From NCBI RefSeq assembly GCF_055900595.2, contig NZ_CM148325.1: a stretch of 64,000 nt of DNA. One strand, written 5' to 3'. Of this stretch, positions 10,703-22,594 are shown piece by piece (the first letter of the stretch is position 1; the number at the start of each line of letters is the position of its first letter). Both the position numbers and the translations under genes were made by a program. Under the pieces are notes generated by a model. The model saw nothing but the letters and a program-made list of their open reading frames with translations. It ran no database searches and had not been told where the DNA came from.

Positions 10703-11383
10703 TCACCCACTGTGGTATATGCGTTGCGGTCTGCCAACTTTGCCGTGAACAATTTCAGCAATAATCAGATGGCGGCTGGCGCAATATTCAAGATAACGTC
10801 TGGCAGTGGTGCGGCTGATAGTCAGTGCCTGCGCCACCGTTTCTGCCGTATGTTGCACACCAGGCTCTTTAAACAGTTTTCGCACCGCGTTTAGCGTCAA
10901 GGGGTCAATGCCGGTCGGCAGTTCGTCTTTGGGTTCACCGCGAGCATAGGCATTAAACATCTCATCGATTTGCTTCTGGCTGGCGCTATCAATACTTTCC
11001 AGCATATGTTTACGCTGGCGGAAACGGGTTAGCGTTTGCCCCAGCCGTTCATAGGCAATTGGCTTAATGAGATAATCAAATACACCACAACGTACGGCTT
11101 CAGACACCGTTTCCATATCACTGGCTGCAGTGGTAAACACCACGTCGCCGGGATAATGCGCCTGCACCAGTTCATGCAGTAAATTAATCCCTCTACCGTC
11201 AGGAAGATAGTTATCGAGCAAGATTAGCCCCGGCTTAAAACGCTCGATCATCATTCGGGCCTGCGCCAGGTTTCCCGCCAGTAATATCTGACTGAATCCG
11301 GGAATGTGACGAATATATTCCGCATGCATCTCTGCCAGCGGCGTTTCGTCCTCAACGATCAATAGGGTTAATGGAGCTGTCAT
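10703..11383 (-). CDS. dpiA: Two-component response regulator DpiA (CitB)
   Basis: 226-aa ORF with receiver domain (LLIVEDE..., LILLDNYLPDG) and C-terminal HTH; overlaps the dpiB 3' end by 32 nt. Confidence 0.93.
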   Translation of the reverse strand: MTAPLTLLIVEDETPLAEMHAEYIRHIPGFSQILLAGNLAQARMMIERFKPGLILLDNYLPDGRGINLLHELVQAHYPGDVVFTTAASDMETVSEAVRCGVFDYLIKPIAYERLGQTLTRFRQRKHMLESIDSASQKQIDEMFNAYARGEPKDELPTGIDPLTLNAVRKLFKEPGVQHTAETVAQALTISRTTARRYLEYCASRHLIIAEIVHGKVGRPQRIYHSG

Positions 11384-13010
11384 TAGGTTTCACTTTCGGA
11401 ATATAGATTGAAAATAAGGTACCGCAGGGATCATTATCTTCGAGAGTGATAACACCACCGCAGCGCGTTACGTAGCTGGCAATCAAGTACAACCCAATGC
11501 CATGTTCGCCGGGCTCGTCAGCACGCGTACTGACACCCTGCTCAAATATTTTGTCTCGTAGAGACTCTGGAACGCCGCAGCCCTGATCGGCGACTTCAAT
11601 CACCACATCATCGCCTTCATCGCTGAGGAATAATTCAACGATCTTGTTTCCTTCATCGCTACGCAGGCTGGCTTCGAAGGCGTTATCAAGTAAATTGCCA
11701 ACAATGGCTGCAAACTCGGTGCTGTCCAGTCCTGGCGGCAGTTGCGAAAGATGACTTCCGGGGACGATGACCATTTTTAGCCCCAGTTCGCGGGCGCGCT
11801 GCACTTTACCAAAAAGCAGCCCCGCCACCTGGCGATCGGCAAACGCCTCGCGCAGGCTATCAATAAGCTGTTGCTGGGCCTGAGACTCCCCCTGCACCAT
11901 CGCCAACACGCGATCATACTCTTTCATCTGCAACAGACCATTGAGCGTCGACATCCAATTGAGATGCTCGTGTCGCAATGTGCGCAGGCTCTCGACGTAT
12001 TGTTTAATTTGCGTCAGTTGTGCATTGAGGGTGGATATTTCGTCTTTACTACGAAAGCTGATAATGGCCCCCAGCAAATCATCACCAGAACGAATAGCTT
12101 CCCGGTTGGCAATAACGCTCAGACCGTTAAAGTTCGCCACCACATCCTGACGTTTTTCATCAATCTGTTCGGTAAAGAAATCGGCGGGCCTGACCACTTC
12201 AGCAATGGGTTTACCCAACCATTGCCGTCCGGGGGAACTCAGCCCCAGCATCTTTCTTGCGTTACGATTGATGGCGGTAATGTAACCGTGCGGATCCACC
12301 GCAATCAGCCCTTCATAAACCGAACTAAACAGCGCCTCTTGCTGACGGACCACGCGTGCGATTTGCTTTGGCTCCATGCCCATCATTTGCCGACGGATAT
12401 GCGCGGCCAGGAACCACGACAGCAACATCAGAATCCCTAACAGCACGACAAACACGCCAGCCATCGGTAATAAAAACTCAGCCCGCCAGCTATCGATTTT
12501 ACTCACCAGGTAGCCAATCGACACCACGCCGATGACTTTTCCATCGTCATCAAAGATTGGCGTTTTGGCACGCATCGCCATGCCAATTGACCCTTTCCCG
12601 GTGATAAAGTAGCTCTCCCCTTTCTCCAGCGCGCCCGGTTTGGTGAACTGCATAGGATAACCAATTTTCTCCGGATTAGGATGGTAAAGACGAATCGAGT
12701 GCCGATCGCCAATCACCACATAATCGAAATCAGTATCTCTTTGTAATTTGTCAGCGATGGTCGCCAGCCTCTTGTAGTCACGCGTTTTCACTGCGCTGAT
12801 GATACTGTCATTAGAAGCAATAATTTTTGCCTGATTCATTGCCATGTCGCGCACATGAAGCGTTAAATAGTCCTCAAAACTGGCCGTAAAATATTGCGCC
12901 AGGGCTGCAATGACAAATATTGAGAACACCAGAATCAGCAAAAAGATACGCAGCGGAAATGCCAGTCTTTGGAAAAATGCAAACTGTTTATTCTCGTTAA
13001 GCTGCAACAT
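11352..13010 (-). CDS. dpiB: Sensor histidine kinase DpiB (CitA), citrate-responsive
   Basis: ORF trimmed to the ATG at 13008-13010 (MLQLNENKQF..., 552 aa); two TM segments, H-box and ATPase motifs. Confidence 0.92.
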   Translation of the reverse strand: MLQLNENKQFAFFQRLAFPLRIFLLILVFSIFVIAALAQYFTASFEDYLTLHVRDMAMNQAKIIASNDSIISAVKTRDYKRLATIADKLQRDTDFDYVVIGDRHSIRLYHPNPEKIGYPMQFTKPGALEKGESYFITGKGSIGMAMRAKTPIFDDDGKVIGVVSIGYLVSKIDSWRAEFLLPMAGVFVVLLGILMLLSWFLAAHIRRQMMGMEPKQIARVVRQQEALFSSVYEGLIAVDPHGYITAINRNARKMLGLSSPGRQWLGKPIAEVVRPADFFTEQIDEKRQDVVANFNGLSVIANREAIRSGDDLLGAIISFRSKDEISTLNAQLTQIKQYVESLRTLRHEHLNWMSTLNGLLQMKEYDRVLAMVQGESQAQQQLIDSLREAFADRQVAGLLFGKVQRARELGLKMVIVPGSHLSQLPPGLDSTEFAAIVGNLLDNAFEASLRSDEGNKIVELFLSDEGDDVVIEVADQGCGVPESLRDKIFEQGVSTRADEPGEHGIGLYLIASYVTRCGGVITLEDNDPCGTLFSIYIPKVKPNDSSINPIDR

Positions 13011-13389
13011 TGTTTTCCTTGCGGGTTGTCCCGAGCCTCTTTGACGGATGTAATTAAAATGTTGAATCAAAATACATAGATATTAAATATAATCGTGGCA
13101 AATTTTATTCATTAAATCAATTAAATCACTTAAACCTGCGGGTCATTTCGTAATTACATTAATTAAAAAACTTAAAACCATTAAATAAATAAAAAACCAC
13201 TAACTCTATGTGAAATAAATCAAAATTTCACGCTGCAATACTCCTTAGGATGTATAGCGAAAGGAGAAAAAGATATACCTCGATCGCCCCCCTTTCTCCC
13301 AAGTGAAAATAAAAGGTTATCAGTTTGCAACATCGAACAACATTCGTTGCAAATCGATAACAACATGCACCTTCAGGATACTATTTATT

Positions 13390-14448
13390 ATGTTCGGCAA
13401 TGATATTTTCACCCGTGTAAAACGTTCAGAAAATAAAAAAATGGCGGAAATCGCCCAATTCCTGCATGAAAATGATTTGAGCGTTGACACCACAGTCGAA
13501 GTATTTATTACCGTAACCCGCGATGAAAAGCTTATCGCGTGCGGTGGAATTGCCGGAAATATTATTAAATGCGTTGCTATCAGTGAATCCGTTCGCGGTG
13601 AAGGACTGGCGCTGACATTAGCCACTGAATTGATAAACCTCGCCTATGAGCGGCACAGCACGCATCTGTTTATTTATACCAAAACCGAATACGAGGCGCT
13701 GTTCCGCCAGTGCGGTTTTTCCACGCTGACCAGTGTACCCGGCGTGATGGTGCTGATGGAAAACAGCGCCACGCGACTGAAACGCTATGCCGAATCGCTG
13801 AAAAAATTTCGTCATCCAGGGAACAAGATTGGCTGCATTGTGATGAACGCCAATCCCTTTACGAATGGTCACCGTTATCTGATTCAACAGGCTGCAGCAC
13901 AGTGCGACTGGTTGCATCTGTTTTTAGTTAAAGAAGATTCTTCACGCTTTCCCTATGAAGACCGGCTGGATCTGGTGTTAAAAGGCACCGCCGATATTCC
14001 ACGCCTGACTGTGCATCGCGGCTCCGAATACATCATCTCCCGCGCTACGTTCCCTTGCTACTTCATTAAAGAACAGAGCGTCATTAACCATTGTTACACC
14101 GAAATTGATCTGAAGATTTTCCGTCAGTACCTCGCTCCCGCGCTGGGTGTAACTCACCGCTTTGTCGGTACTGAACCCTTTTGTCGCGTTACCGCCCAGT
14201 ACAACCAGGATATGCGCTACTGGCTGGAAACGCCGACTATCTCCGCACCGCCCATCGAACTGGTTGAAATTGAGCGGCTGCGTTACCAGGAGATGCCGAT
14301 ATCCGCTTCCCGGGTACGTCAACTGCTGGCGAAAAACGATCTCACGGCTATCGCGCCGCTGGTCCCTGCAGTCACGCTGCATTATTTGCAGAACCTGCTT
14401 GAGCACTCCCGCCAGGACGCGGCAGCTCGTCAAAAGACCCCCGCATGA
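13390..14448 (+). CDS. citC: [Citrate (pro-3S)-lyase] ligase
   Basis: ORF trimmed to MFGNDIFTRV... (352 aa); first gene of citCDEFXG, divergent from dpiB. Confidence 0.9.
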   Translation: MFGNDIFTRVKRSENKKMAEIAQFLHENDLSVDTTVEVFITVTRDEKLIACGGIAGNIIKCVAISESVRGEGLALTLATELINLAYERHSTHLFIYTKTEYEALFRQCGFSTLTSVPGVMVLMENSATRLKRYAESLKKFRHPGNKIGCIVMNANPFTNGHRYLIQQAAAQCDWLHLFLVKEDSSRFPYEDRLDLVLKGTADIPRLTVHRGSEYIISRATFPCYFIKEQSVINHCYTEIDLKIFRQYLAPALGVTHRFVGTEPFCRVTAQYNQDMRYWLETPTISAPPIELVEIERLRYQEMPISASRVRQLLAKNDLTAIAPLVPAVTLHYLQNLLEHSRQDAAARQKTPA

Positions 14449-14462
14449 GAAACAGGTGAAAA

Positions 14463-14759
14463 ATGAAAATAAACCAGCCCGCCGTTGCAGGCACCCTTGA
14501 GTCTGGGGATGTGATGATACGCATCGCCCCACTCGATACGCAGGATATCGACCTGCAAATCAACAGCAGCGTTGAAAAACAGTTTGGTGATGCCATTCGC
14601 ACCACCATTCTGGACGTTCTCGCCCGCTACAACGTGCGCGGCGTACAGCTGAATGTCGATGACAAAGGCGCACTGGACTGCATTTTACGTGCACGACTGG
14701 AAGCCCTGCTGGCACGCGCCAGCGGTATCCCGGCTCTGCCATGGGAGGATTGCCAATGA
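14463..14759 (+). CDS. citD: Citrate lyase acyl carrier protein (gamma subunit)
   Basis: 98-aa [26 protein letters not shown]... matches CitD. Confidence 0.93.
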
Positions 14760-15664
14760 TTTCCGCTTCGCTGCAACAACGTAAAACTCGCACCCGCCGC
14801 AGCATGTTGTTTGTGCCTGGTGCCAATGCCGCGATGGTCAGCAACTCATTCATCTACCCGGCTGATGCCCTGATGTTTGACCTCGAAGACTCCGTAGCAT
14901 TACGTGAAAAAGACACCGCCCGCCGCATGGTTTACCACGCGCTGCAACATCCGCTGTATCGCGATATTGAAACCATTGTGCGTGTAAACGCGCTGGATTC
15001 CGAATGGGGTGTCAACGACCTGGAAGCCGTCGTTCGCGGTGGTGCGGACGTTGTGCGTCTGCCGAAAACCGATACCGCTCAGGATGTTCTGGATATCGAA
15101 AAAGAGATCCTGCGTATCGAAAAAGCCTGTGGTCGTGAACCCGGCAGTACCGGCTTGCTGGCGGCGATTGAATCTCCACTGGGCATTACCCGCGCAGTGG
15201 AAATCGCTCACGCTTCCGAGCGTTTGATCGGTATCGCCCTCGGTGCAGAAGACTATGTGCGCAACCTGCGTACAGAACGCTCCCCGGAAGGAACTGAACT
15301 GCTGTTCGCTCGCTGCTCCATTTTGCAGGCCGCGCGATCTGCGGGTATTCAGGCGTTCGATACCGTCTATTCTGACGCAAACAACGAAGCCGGATTCCTG
15401 CAAGAAGCCGCCCATATCAAACAGCTGGGCTTTGACGGCAAATCGCTGATCAACCCGCGTCAGATTGATCTGCTGCACAACCTCTACGCACCGACCCAGA
15501 AAGAAGTGGATCACGCCCGCCGCGTCGTAGAAGCCGCTGAAGCCGCCGCTCGCGAAGGCCTCGGCGTGGTTTCCCTGAACGGCAAGATGGTGGACGGTCC
15601 GGTTATCGATCGCGCCCGTCTGGTGCTCTCCCGTGCAGAACTTTCCGGCATCCGCGAAGAATAA
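14756..15664 (+). CDS. citE: Citrate lyase beta subunit (citryl-CoA lyase)
   Basis: Start [10 protein letters not shown]... overlaps the citD stop (ATGA); 302 aa. Confidence 0.92.
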
Positions 15665-15674
15665 GGCAATCAAA

Positions 15675-17207
15675 ATGACGCAGAAAATTGAACAATCTCA
15701 ACGACAAGAACGGGTAGCGGCCTGGAATCGTCGCGCTGAATGCGATCTTGCCGCTTTCCAGAACTCGCCAAAGCAAACCTACCAGGCTGAAAAAGCGCGC
15801 GATCGCAAACTGTGCGCCAACCTGGAAGAAGCGATTCGTCGCTCGGGTTTACAGGACGGCATGACGGTTTCCTTCCATCACGCTTTCCGTGGCGGTGACC
15901 TGACCGTCAATATGGTGATGGACGTCATCGCGAAGATGGGCTTTAAAAACCTGACTCTGGCCTCCAGCTCCCTGAGTGATTGCCATGCGCCGCTGGTAGA
16001 ACACATTCGCCAGGGCGTGGTTACCCGCATTTATACCTCTGGCCTGCGCGGTCCACTGGCGGAAGAAATCTCCCGTGGTCTGCTGGCGGAACCGGTGCAA
16101 ATCCACTCTCACGGCGGACGTGTGCATCTGGTACAGAGCGGCGAACTGAATATCGATGTGGCTTTCCTCGGCGTCCCGTCCTGTGATGAATTCGGTAATG
16201 CCAACGGCTACACCGGTAAAGCCTGCTGCGGCTCCCTCGGCTATGCAATGGTTGATGCCGACAACGCAAAACAGGTCGTGATGCTTACCGAAGAACTGCT
16301 GCCTTATCCGCATAATCCGGCAAGCATTGAGCAAGATCAGGTTGATCTGATCGTCAAAGTTGATCGCGTTGGCGATGCTGCAAAAATCGGCGCTGGTGCT
16401 ACCCGTATGACCACTAACCCGCGCGAACTGCTTATTGCCCGTAGCGCTGCGGATGTGATTGTTAACTCTGGCTACTTCAAAGAAGGTTTCTCCATGCAGA
16501 CCGGCACCGGCGGCGCATCGCTGGCGGTAACCCGTTTCCTGGAAGACAAAATGCGTAGCCGCGATATTCGCGCTGACTTCGCCCTCGGTGGTATTACCGC
16601 AACGATGGTTGATCTGCACGAAAAAGGTCTGATCCGCAAACTGCTGGATGTGCAGAGCTTTGACAGCCACGCTGCACAATCGCTGGCCCGTAACCCCAAT
16701 CACATCGAAATCAGCGCCAACCAGTACGCTAACTGGGGTTCAAAAGGTGCATCGGTTGATCGTCTCGACGTGGTGGTACTGAGCGCGCTGGAAATTGACA
16801 CCCAGTTCAACGTTAACGTGCTGACCGGCTCTGACGGCGTACTGCGTGGCGCTTCCGGTGGTCACTGCGATACCGCGATTGCCTCTGCACTTTCCATCAT
16901 CGTCGCACCGCTGGTACGCGGTCGTATTCCGACTCTGGTGGATAACGTGCTGACCTGCATCACCCCGGGCTCCAGTGTCGATATTCTGGTCACAGACCAC
17001 GGTATCGCAGTTAACCCGGCACGTCCGGAACTGGCAGAACGTCTGCAGGAAGCGGGGATCAAAGTGGTTTCTATTGAGTGGCTGCGTGAACGTGCGCGTC
17101 TGCTGACCGGTGAACCACAGCCGATTGAATTCACCGACCGCGTCGTTGCCGTTGTGCGTTACCGCGATGGCTCGGTGATCGATGTTGTGCATCAGGTGAA
17201 GGAATAA
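15675..17207 (+). CDS. citF: Citrate lyase alpha subunit (citrate CoA-transferase)
   Basis: Start MTQKIEQSQRQ... (510 aa), upstream in-frame extension rejected. Confidence 0.92.
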   Translation: MTQKIEQSQRQERVAAWNRRAECDLAAFQNSPKQTYQAEKARDRKLCANLEEAIRRSGLQDGMTVSFHHAFRGGDLTVNMVMDVIAKMGFKNLTLASSSLSDCHAPLVEHIRQGVVTRIYTSGLRGPLAEEISRGLLAEPVQIHSHGGRVHLVQSGELNIDVAFLGVPSCDEFGNANGYTGKACCGSLGYAMVDADNAKQVVMLTEELLPYPHNPASIEQDQVDLIVKVDRVGDAAKIGAGATRMTTNPRELLIARSAADVIVNSGYFKEGFSMQTGTGGASLAVTRFLEDKMRSRDIRADFALGGITATMVDLHEKGLIRKLLDVQSFDSHAAQSLARNPNHIEISANQYANWGSKGASVDRLDVVVLSALEIDTQFNVNVLTGSDGVLRGASGGHCDTAIASALSIIVAPLVRGRIPTLVDNVLTCITPGSSVDILVTDHGIAVNPARPELAERLQEAGIKVVSIEWLRERARLLTGEPQPIEFTDRVVAVVRYRDGSVIDVVHQVKE

Positions 17208-17210
17208 GCC

Positions 17211-18615
<1,405 letters not shown>

Positions 18616-18665
18616 TTATTTAAGCACTTGATAAATTTGGAAATATTAATTTTCGGAGAACCCGT

Positions 18666-20129
18666 ATGTCTTTAGCAAAAGATAATATATGGAAACTATT
18701 GGCCCCACTGGTGGTGATGGGCGTCATGTTTCTTATCCCTGTCCCCGACGGTATGCCACCGCAGGCATGGCATTACTTCGCTGTGTTTGTGGCAATGATT
18801 GTCGGCATGATCCTCGAGCCAATTCCGGCAACAGCGATCAGTTTTATTGCGGTTACTATTTGCGTTATTGGCAGTAATTACCTTCTCTTTGATGCCAAAG
18901 AATTAGCTGACCCAGCGTTTAATGCGCAAAAACAGGCGCTGAAATGGGGTCTGGCTGGTTTTTCCAGCACCACGGTATGGCTGGTATTTGGTGCATTTAT
19001 TTTTGCATTAGGGTATGAAGTTTCCGGGTTAGGTCGTCGCATTGCCCTTTTCCTGGTGAAATTCATGGGCAAACGCACGCTGACGTTAGGTTATGCGATA
19101 GTCATTATCGACATTCTGCTGGCACCGTTTACACCTTCCAACACCGCGCGTACCGGGGGTACGGTTTTTCCGGTCATTAAAAACCTGCCGCCGCTGTTTA
19201 AATCATTCCCGAACGATCCGTCCGCGCGTCGTATTGGCGGCTATTTGATGTGGATGATGGTCATTAGTACCAGTCTGAGTTCGTCCATGTTTGTCACCGG
19301 TGCGGCACCAAACGTGCTGGGTCTGGAGTTCGTCAGCAAAATTGCCGGCATCCAGATTAGCTGGTTGCAGTGGTTCCTCTGCTTCCTGCCGGTTGGCGTT
19401 ATCTTACTTATCATTGCGCCGTGGCTTTCCTACGTGCTTTACAAACCGGAAATCACACACAGTGAAGAAGTAGCAACCTGGGCGGGTGATGAACTAAAAA
19501 CCATGGGTGCGCTGACACGCAGAGAGTGGACGCTGATTGGCCTTGTATTGCTCAGCTTAGGTTTGTGGGTATTTGGCAGTGAAGTCATTAATGCTACTGC
19601 GGTAGGTCTGCTGGCAGTTTCGCTAATGCTGGCCCTGCACGTTGTGCCGTGGAAAGACATTACCCGCTATAACAGCGCATGGAACACGCTGGTCAACCTG
19701 GCAACTTTGGTTGTGATGGCTAATGGCCTGACTCGTTCTGGCTTTATTGACTGGTTCGCCGGTACCATGAGTACGCACCTGGAAGGATTCTCACCAAACG
19801 CAACGGTGATTGTACTGGTTCTGGTGTTCTACTTTGCGCACTACCTGTTTGCCAGCCTGTCTGCGCACACCGCAACCATGCTGCCGGTTATTCTGGCCGT
19901 CGGTAAAGGTATTCCGGGCGTACCAATGGAACAACTGTGTATCCTGCTGGTGCTGTCTATCGGTATCATGGGCTGTCTGACGCCGTATGCAACCGGTCCT
20001 GGGGTGATTATTTATGGCTGCGGCTATGTGAAATCAAAAGATTACTGGCGACTTGGTGCAATCTTCGGGGTGATTTACATCTCTATGTTGCTGTTGGTTG
20101 GCTGGCCGATTCTCGCCATGTGGAACTAA
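18666..20129 (+). CDS. citT: Citrate:succinate antiporter
   Basis: 487-aa polytopic membrane ORF matching CitT. Confidence 0.93.
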   Translation: MSLAKDNIWKLLAPLVVMGVMFLIPVPDGMPPQAWHYFAVFVAMIVGMILEPIPATAISFIAVTICVIGSNYLLFDAKELADPAFNAQKQALKWGLAGFSSTTVWLVFGAFIFALGYEVSGLGRRIALFLVKFMGKRTLTLGYAIVIIDILLAPFTPSNTARTGGTVFPVIKNLPPLFKSFPNDPSARRIGGYLMWMMVISTSLSSSMFVTGAAPNVLGLEFVSKIAGIQISWLQWFLCFLPVGVILLIIAPWLSYVLYKPEITHSEEVATWAGDELKTMGALTRREWTLIGLVLLSLGLWVFGSEVINATAVGLLAVSLMLALHVVPWKDITRYNSAWNTLVNLATLVVMANGLTRSGFIDWFAGTMSTHLEGFSPNATVIVLVLVFYFAHYLFASLSAHTATMLPVILAVGKGIPGVPMEQLCILLVLSIGIMGCLTPYATGPGVIIYGCGYVKSKDYWRLGAIFGVIYISMLLLVGWPILAMWN

Positions 20130-20159
20130 TACGTTCGCCAAACGCTGAATAAATCATCA

Positions 20160-20196
20160 CGCCCGCCAGGTAAGCCCACCTGGCGGGCTTTTTTAT
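20160..20196 (+). terminator. Rho-independent terminator downstream of citT
   Basis: gcccgccaggtaagcccacctggcgggc stem followed by TTTTTT. Confidence 0.8.
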
Positions 20197-20242
20197 GATT
20201 TAATAGATAGTATTCAGTGTATGTATGAGTTCCACACCCATT

Positions 20243-21049
20243 ATGAAAGCATTCTGGCGTAACGCCGCGTTGCTCGCGGTTTCTCTGCTTCCCTTCTCTT
20301 TTGCCAACGCCGTGGCGTTGCAGGCAAAACAGTATGGCGATTTTGATCGCTATGTCCTGGCCCTCTCCTGGCAAACCGGATTTTGCCAGAGTCAACACGA
20401 TCGAAATCGTAACGAACGAGATGAATGTCGCCTGCAAACCGAAACGACCAACAAAGCTGATTTTCTGACCGTACATGGTCTATGGCCAGGATTGCCTAAA
20501 TCGGTTGCTGCCCGTGGTGTTGATGAACGCCGCTGGATGCGCTTCGGTTGCGCTACTCGCCCAATCCCGAATCTACCAGAGGCGCGCGCCAGCCGGATGT
20601 GTTCATCGCCGGAAACTGGGTTATCACTGGAAACGGCAGCTAAACTAAATGAAGTCATGCCGGGAGCTGGCGGTCGTTCCTGCCTGGAACGTTACGAATA
20701 TGCCAAACACGGCGTCTGCTTTGGTTTTGATCCGGACGCTTACTTCAGCACGATGGTACGTCTGAATCAAGAAATTAAAGAGAGCGAAACCGGAAAATTT
20801 CTTGCGGATAACTACGGTAAAACAGTGAGCCGCCGTGATTTTGATGCCGCCTTTGCCAAAAGCTGGGGAAAAGAGAACGTGAAAGCCGTTAAGCTAACGT
20901 GCCAGGGTAACCCTGCGTATTTGACTGAAATTCAGATTTCAATCAAAGCTGACGCCATCAACGCTCCGCTTTCTGCAAACTCATTCTTGCCACAACCACA
21001 CCCAGGCAACTGTGGCAAAACCTTTGTGATTGATAAAGCAGGTTATTAA
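20243..21049 (+). CDS. rna: Periplasmic ribonuclease I (RNase T2 family)
   Basis: ORF trimmed to MKAFWRNAALLAVSLLPFSFA (signal peptide), 268 aa; T2-family HGLWP motif present. Confidence 0.93.
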   Translation: MKAFWRNAALLAVSLLPFSFANAVALQAKQYGDFDRYVLALSWQTGFCQSQHDRNRNERDECRLQTETTNKADFLTVHGLWPGLPKSVAARGVDERRWMRFGCATRPIPNLPEARASRMCSSPETGLSLETAAKLNEVMPGAGGRSCLERYEYAKHGVCFGFDPDAYFSTMVRLNQEIKESETGKFLADNYGKTVSRRDFDAAFAKSWGKENVKAVKLTCQGNPAYLTEIQISIKADAINAPLSANSFLPQPHPGNCGKTFVIDKAGY

Positions 21050-21196
21050 TCCTCTGATTTACAAAAGACGCTAATTCGTCTTCCATAAACTATGACGATT
21101 AAGATTTATACATAATGCGCTGCATTGAGGAATTCCCTGAATGTGACGCAAATCACTTCAAAGAGTGAGCAACAGTCAGTATCATCATGTGAGTTA

Positions 21197-21230
21197 AACC
21201 CTCGCCGCCTGACGGTGAGGGTTTTCTTTT
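21197..21230 (+). terminator. Putative rho-independent terminator between rna and rnk
   Basis: aaccctcgccgcctgacggtgagggtt hairpin followed by a T-rich run. Confidence 0.55.
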
Positions 21231-21278
21231 GGGTATGTTTATCTGCGACACTCGCAGTACCGACGACATGGAGTAAAA

Positions 21279-21689
21279 ATGTCCAGACCAACTATCATCA
21301 TTAACGACCTGGATGCCGAACGCATCGATATTCTGCTGGAGCAACCCGCCTATGCTGGTTTGCCAATCGCCGACGCGTTAAACGCAGAGTTGGATCGCGC
21401 CCAAATGTGTTCGCCAGAAGAGATGCCACACGACGTGGTGACAATGAACAGCCGGGTTAAATTCCGCAATCTTAGCGATGGCGAAGTGCGTGTGCGCACG
21501 CTGGTGTATCCGGCAAAAATGACCGATAGCAATACTCAGCTTTCCGTTATGGCTCCGGTAGGTGCCGCACTGCTGGGGCTGCGCGTTGGCGATTCCATTC
21601 ACTGGGAACTTCCGGGCGGCGTTGCAACCCACCTTGAAGTGCTGGAACTCGAATACCAGCCAGAAGCTGCTGGCGACTACCTGCTTTAA
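21279..21689 (+). CDS. rnk: Regulator of nucleoside diphosphate kinase (GreA/GreB-like)
   Basis: 136-aa [25 protein letters not shown]... matches Rnk. Confidence 0.93.
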
Positions 21690-22044
21690 TCCCATCTGCA
21701 CAAGCGACAACTCGCTTTGCCCAGAGGATGCACTCGCATCCTCTTTCCGCTCAAATATCAACCAGATTTATCATTTTGCTCTTAAGCACAGCATTCTAAT
21801 CTGAACTGGTTATTCATCTGCGGAACCCCATATGAGCGAAGCTCTCAGTATCACTGCGTTTTATATATTCATAGCAGCTATTATTGTTGCTGCAGTGCTA
21901 TACCTTGAACAACGCTGGTAGTACCTGGTTTTATTTATTTTCCAGATCAATCGCAAATTCAGATCGAATCAGCCTCGCAAATCATAGATTCATAATCAAT
22001 AATGTGCTGTTATGTATACATGCAAAAACAAGGAGAGAATGCTT

Positions 22045-22473
22045 ATGTACAAAACAATCATCATGCCAGTGGATGTTTTCGAAATGGAATTGAGCGACAA
22101 AGCTGTTCGCCACGCTGAATTCCTCGCCCAGGATGACGGAGTTATTCATCTACTTCACGTACTACCGGGGTCAGCCAGCCTGAGCCTGCACCGTTTTGCC
22201 GCTGATGTACGTCGTTTTGAAGAGCATCTGCAACATGAAGCAGAAGAACGTCTGCAAACGATGGTCAGCCACTTCACCATCGATCCTTCCCGCATTAAAC
22301 AACATGTCCGTTTTGGTAGCGTGCGGGATGAAGTCAATGAGTTGGCAGAAGAACTGGGGGCTGATGTTGTCGTTATCGGTTCGCGCAACCCATCGATTTC
22401 GACCCATCTGTTAGGTTCTAACGCCTCAAGCGTTATCCGCCACGCCAATCTGCCGGTGCTGGTCGTTCGCTAA
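22045..22473 (+). CDS. uspG: Universal stress protein G
   Basis: ORF trimmed to [21 protein letters not shown]... (142 aa), with AGGAGA 8 nt upstream. Confidence 0.92.
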   Translation: MYKTIIMPVDVFEMELSDKAVRHAEFLAQDDGVIHLLHVLPGSASLSLHRFAADVRRFEEHLQHEAEERLQTMVSHFTIDPSRIKQHVRFGSVRDEVNELAEELGADVVVIGSRNPSISTHLLGSNASSVIRHANLPVLVVR

Positions 22474-22482
22474 TAGATAAAA

Positions 22483-22557
22483 GTATTTATGTCGCCCTGC
22501 CCGGAGCCATCCCGGCGGGGCTTTTTATTGCAATAAAAAAGCCGCCAGGTTTGACCC
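22483..22557. terminator. Back-to-back terminators between convergent uspG and ahpF
   Basis: Hairpin ...gccctgcccggagccatcccggcggggc + TTTTT serves uspG on the plus strand; gccgccaggtttgaccccggcggc with an A-run on plus (T-run on minus) serves ahpF. Confidence 0.7.
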
Positions 22558-22594
22558 CGGCGGCTAAGCAATTGCAGGTGAATCTTACTTCTTC

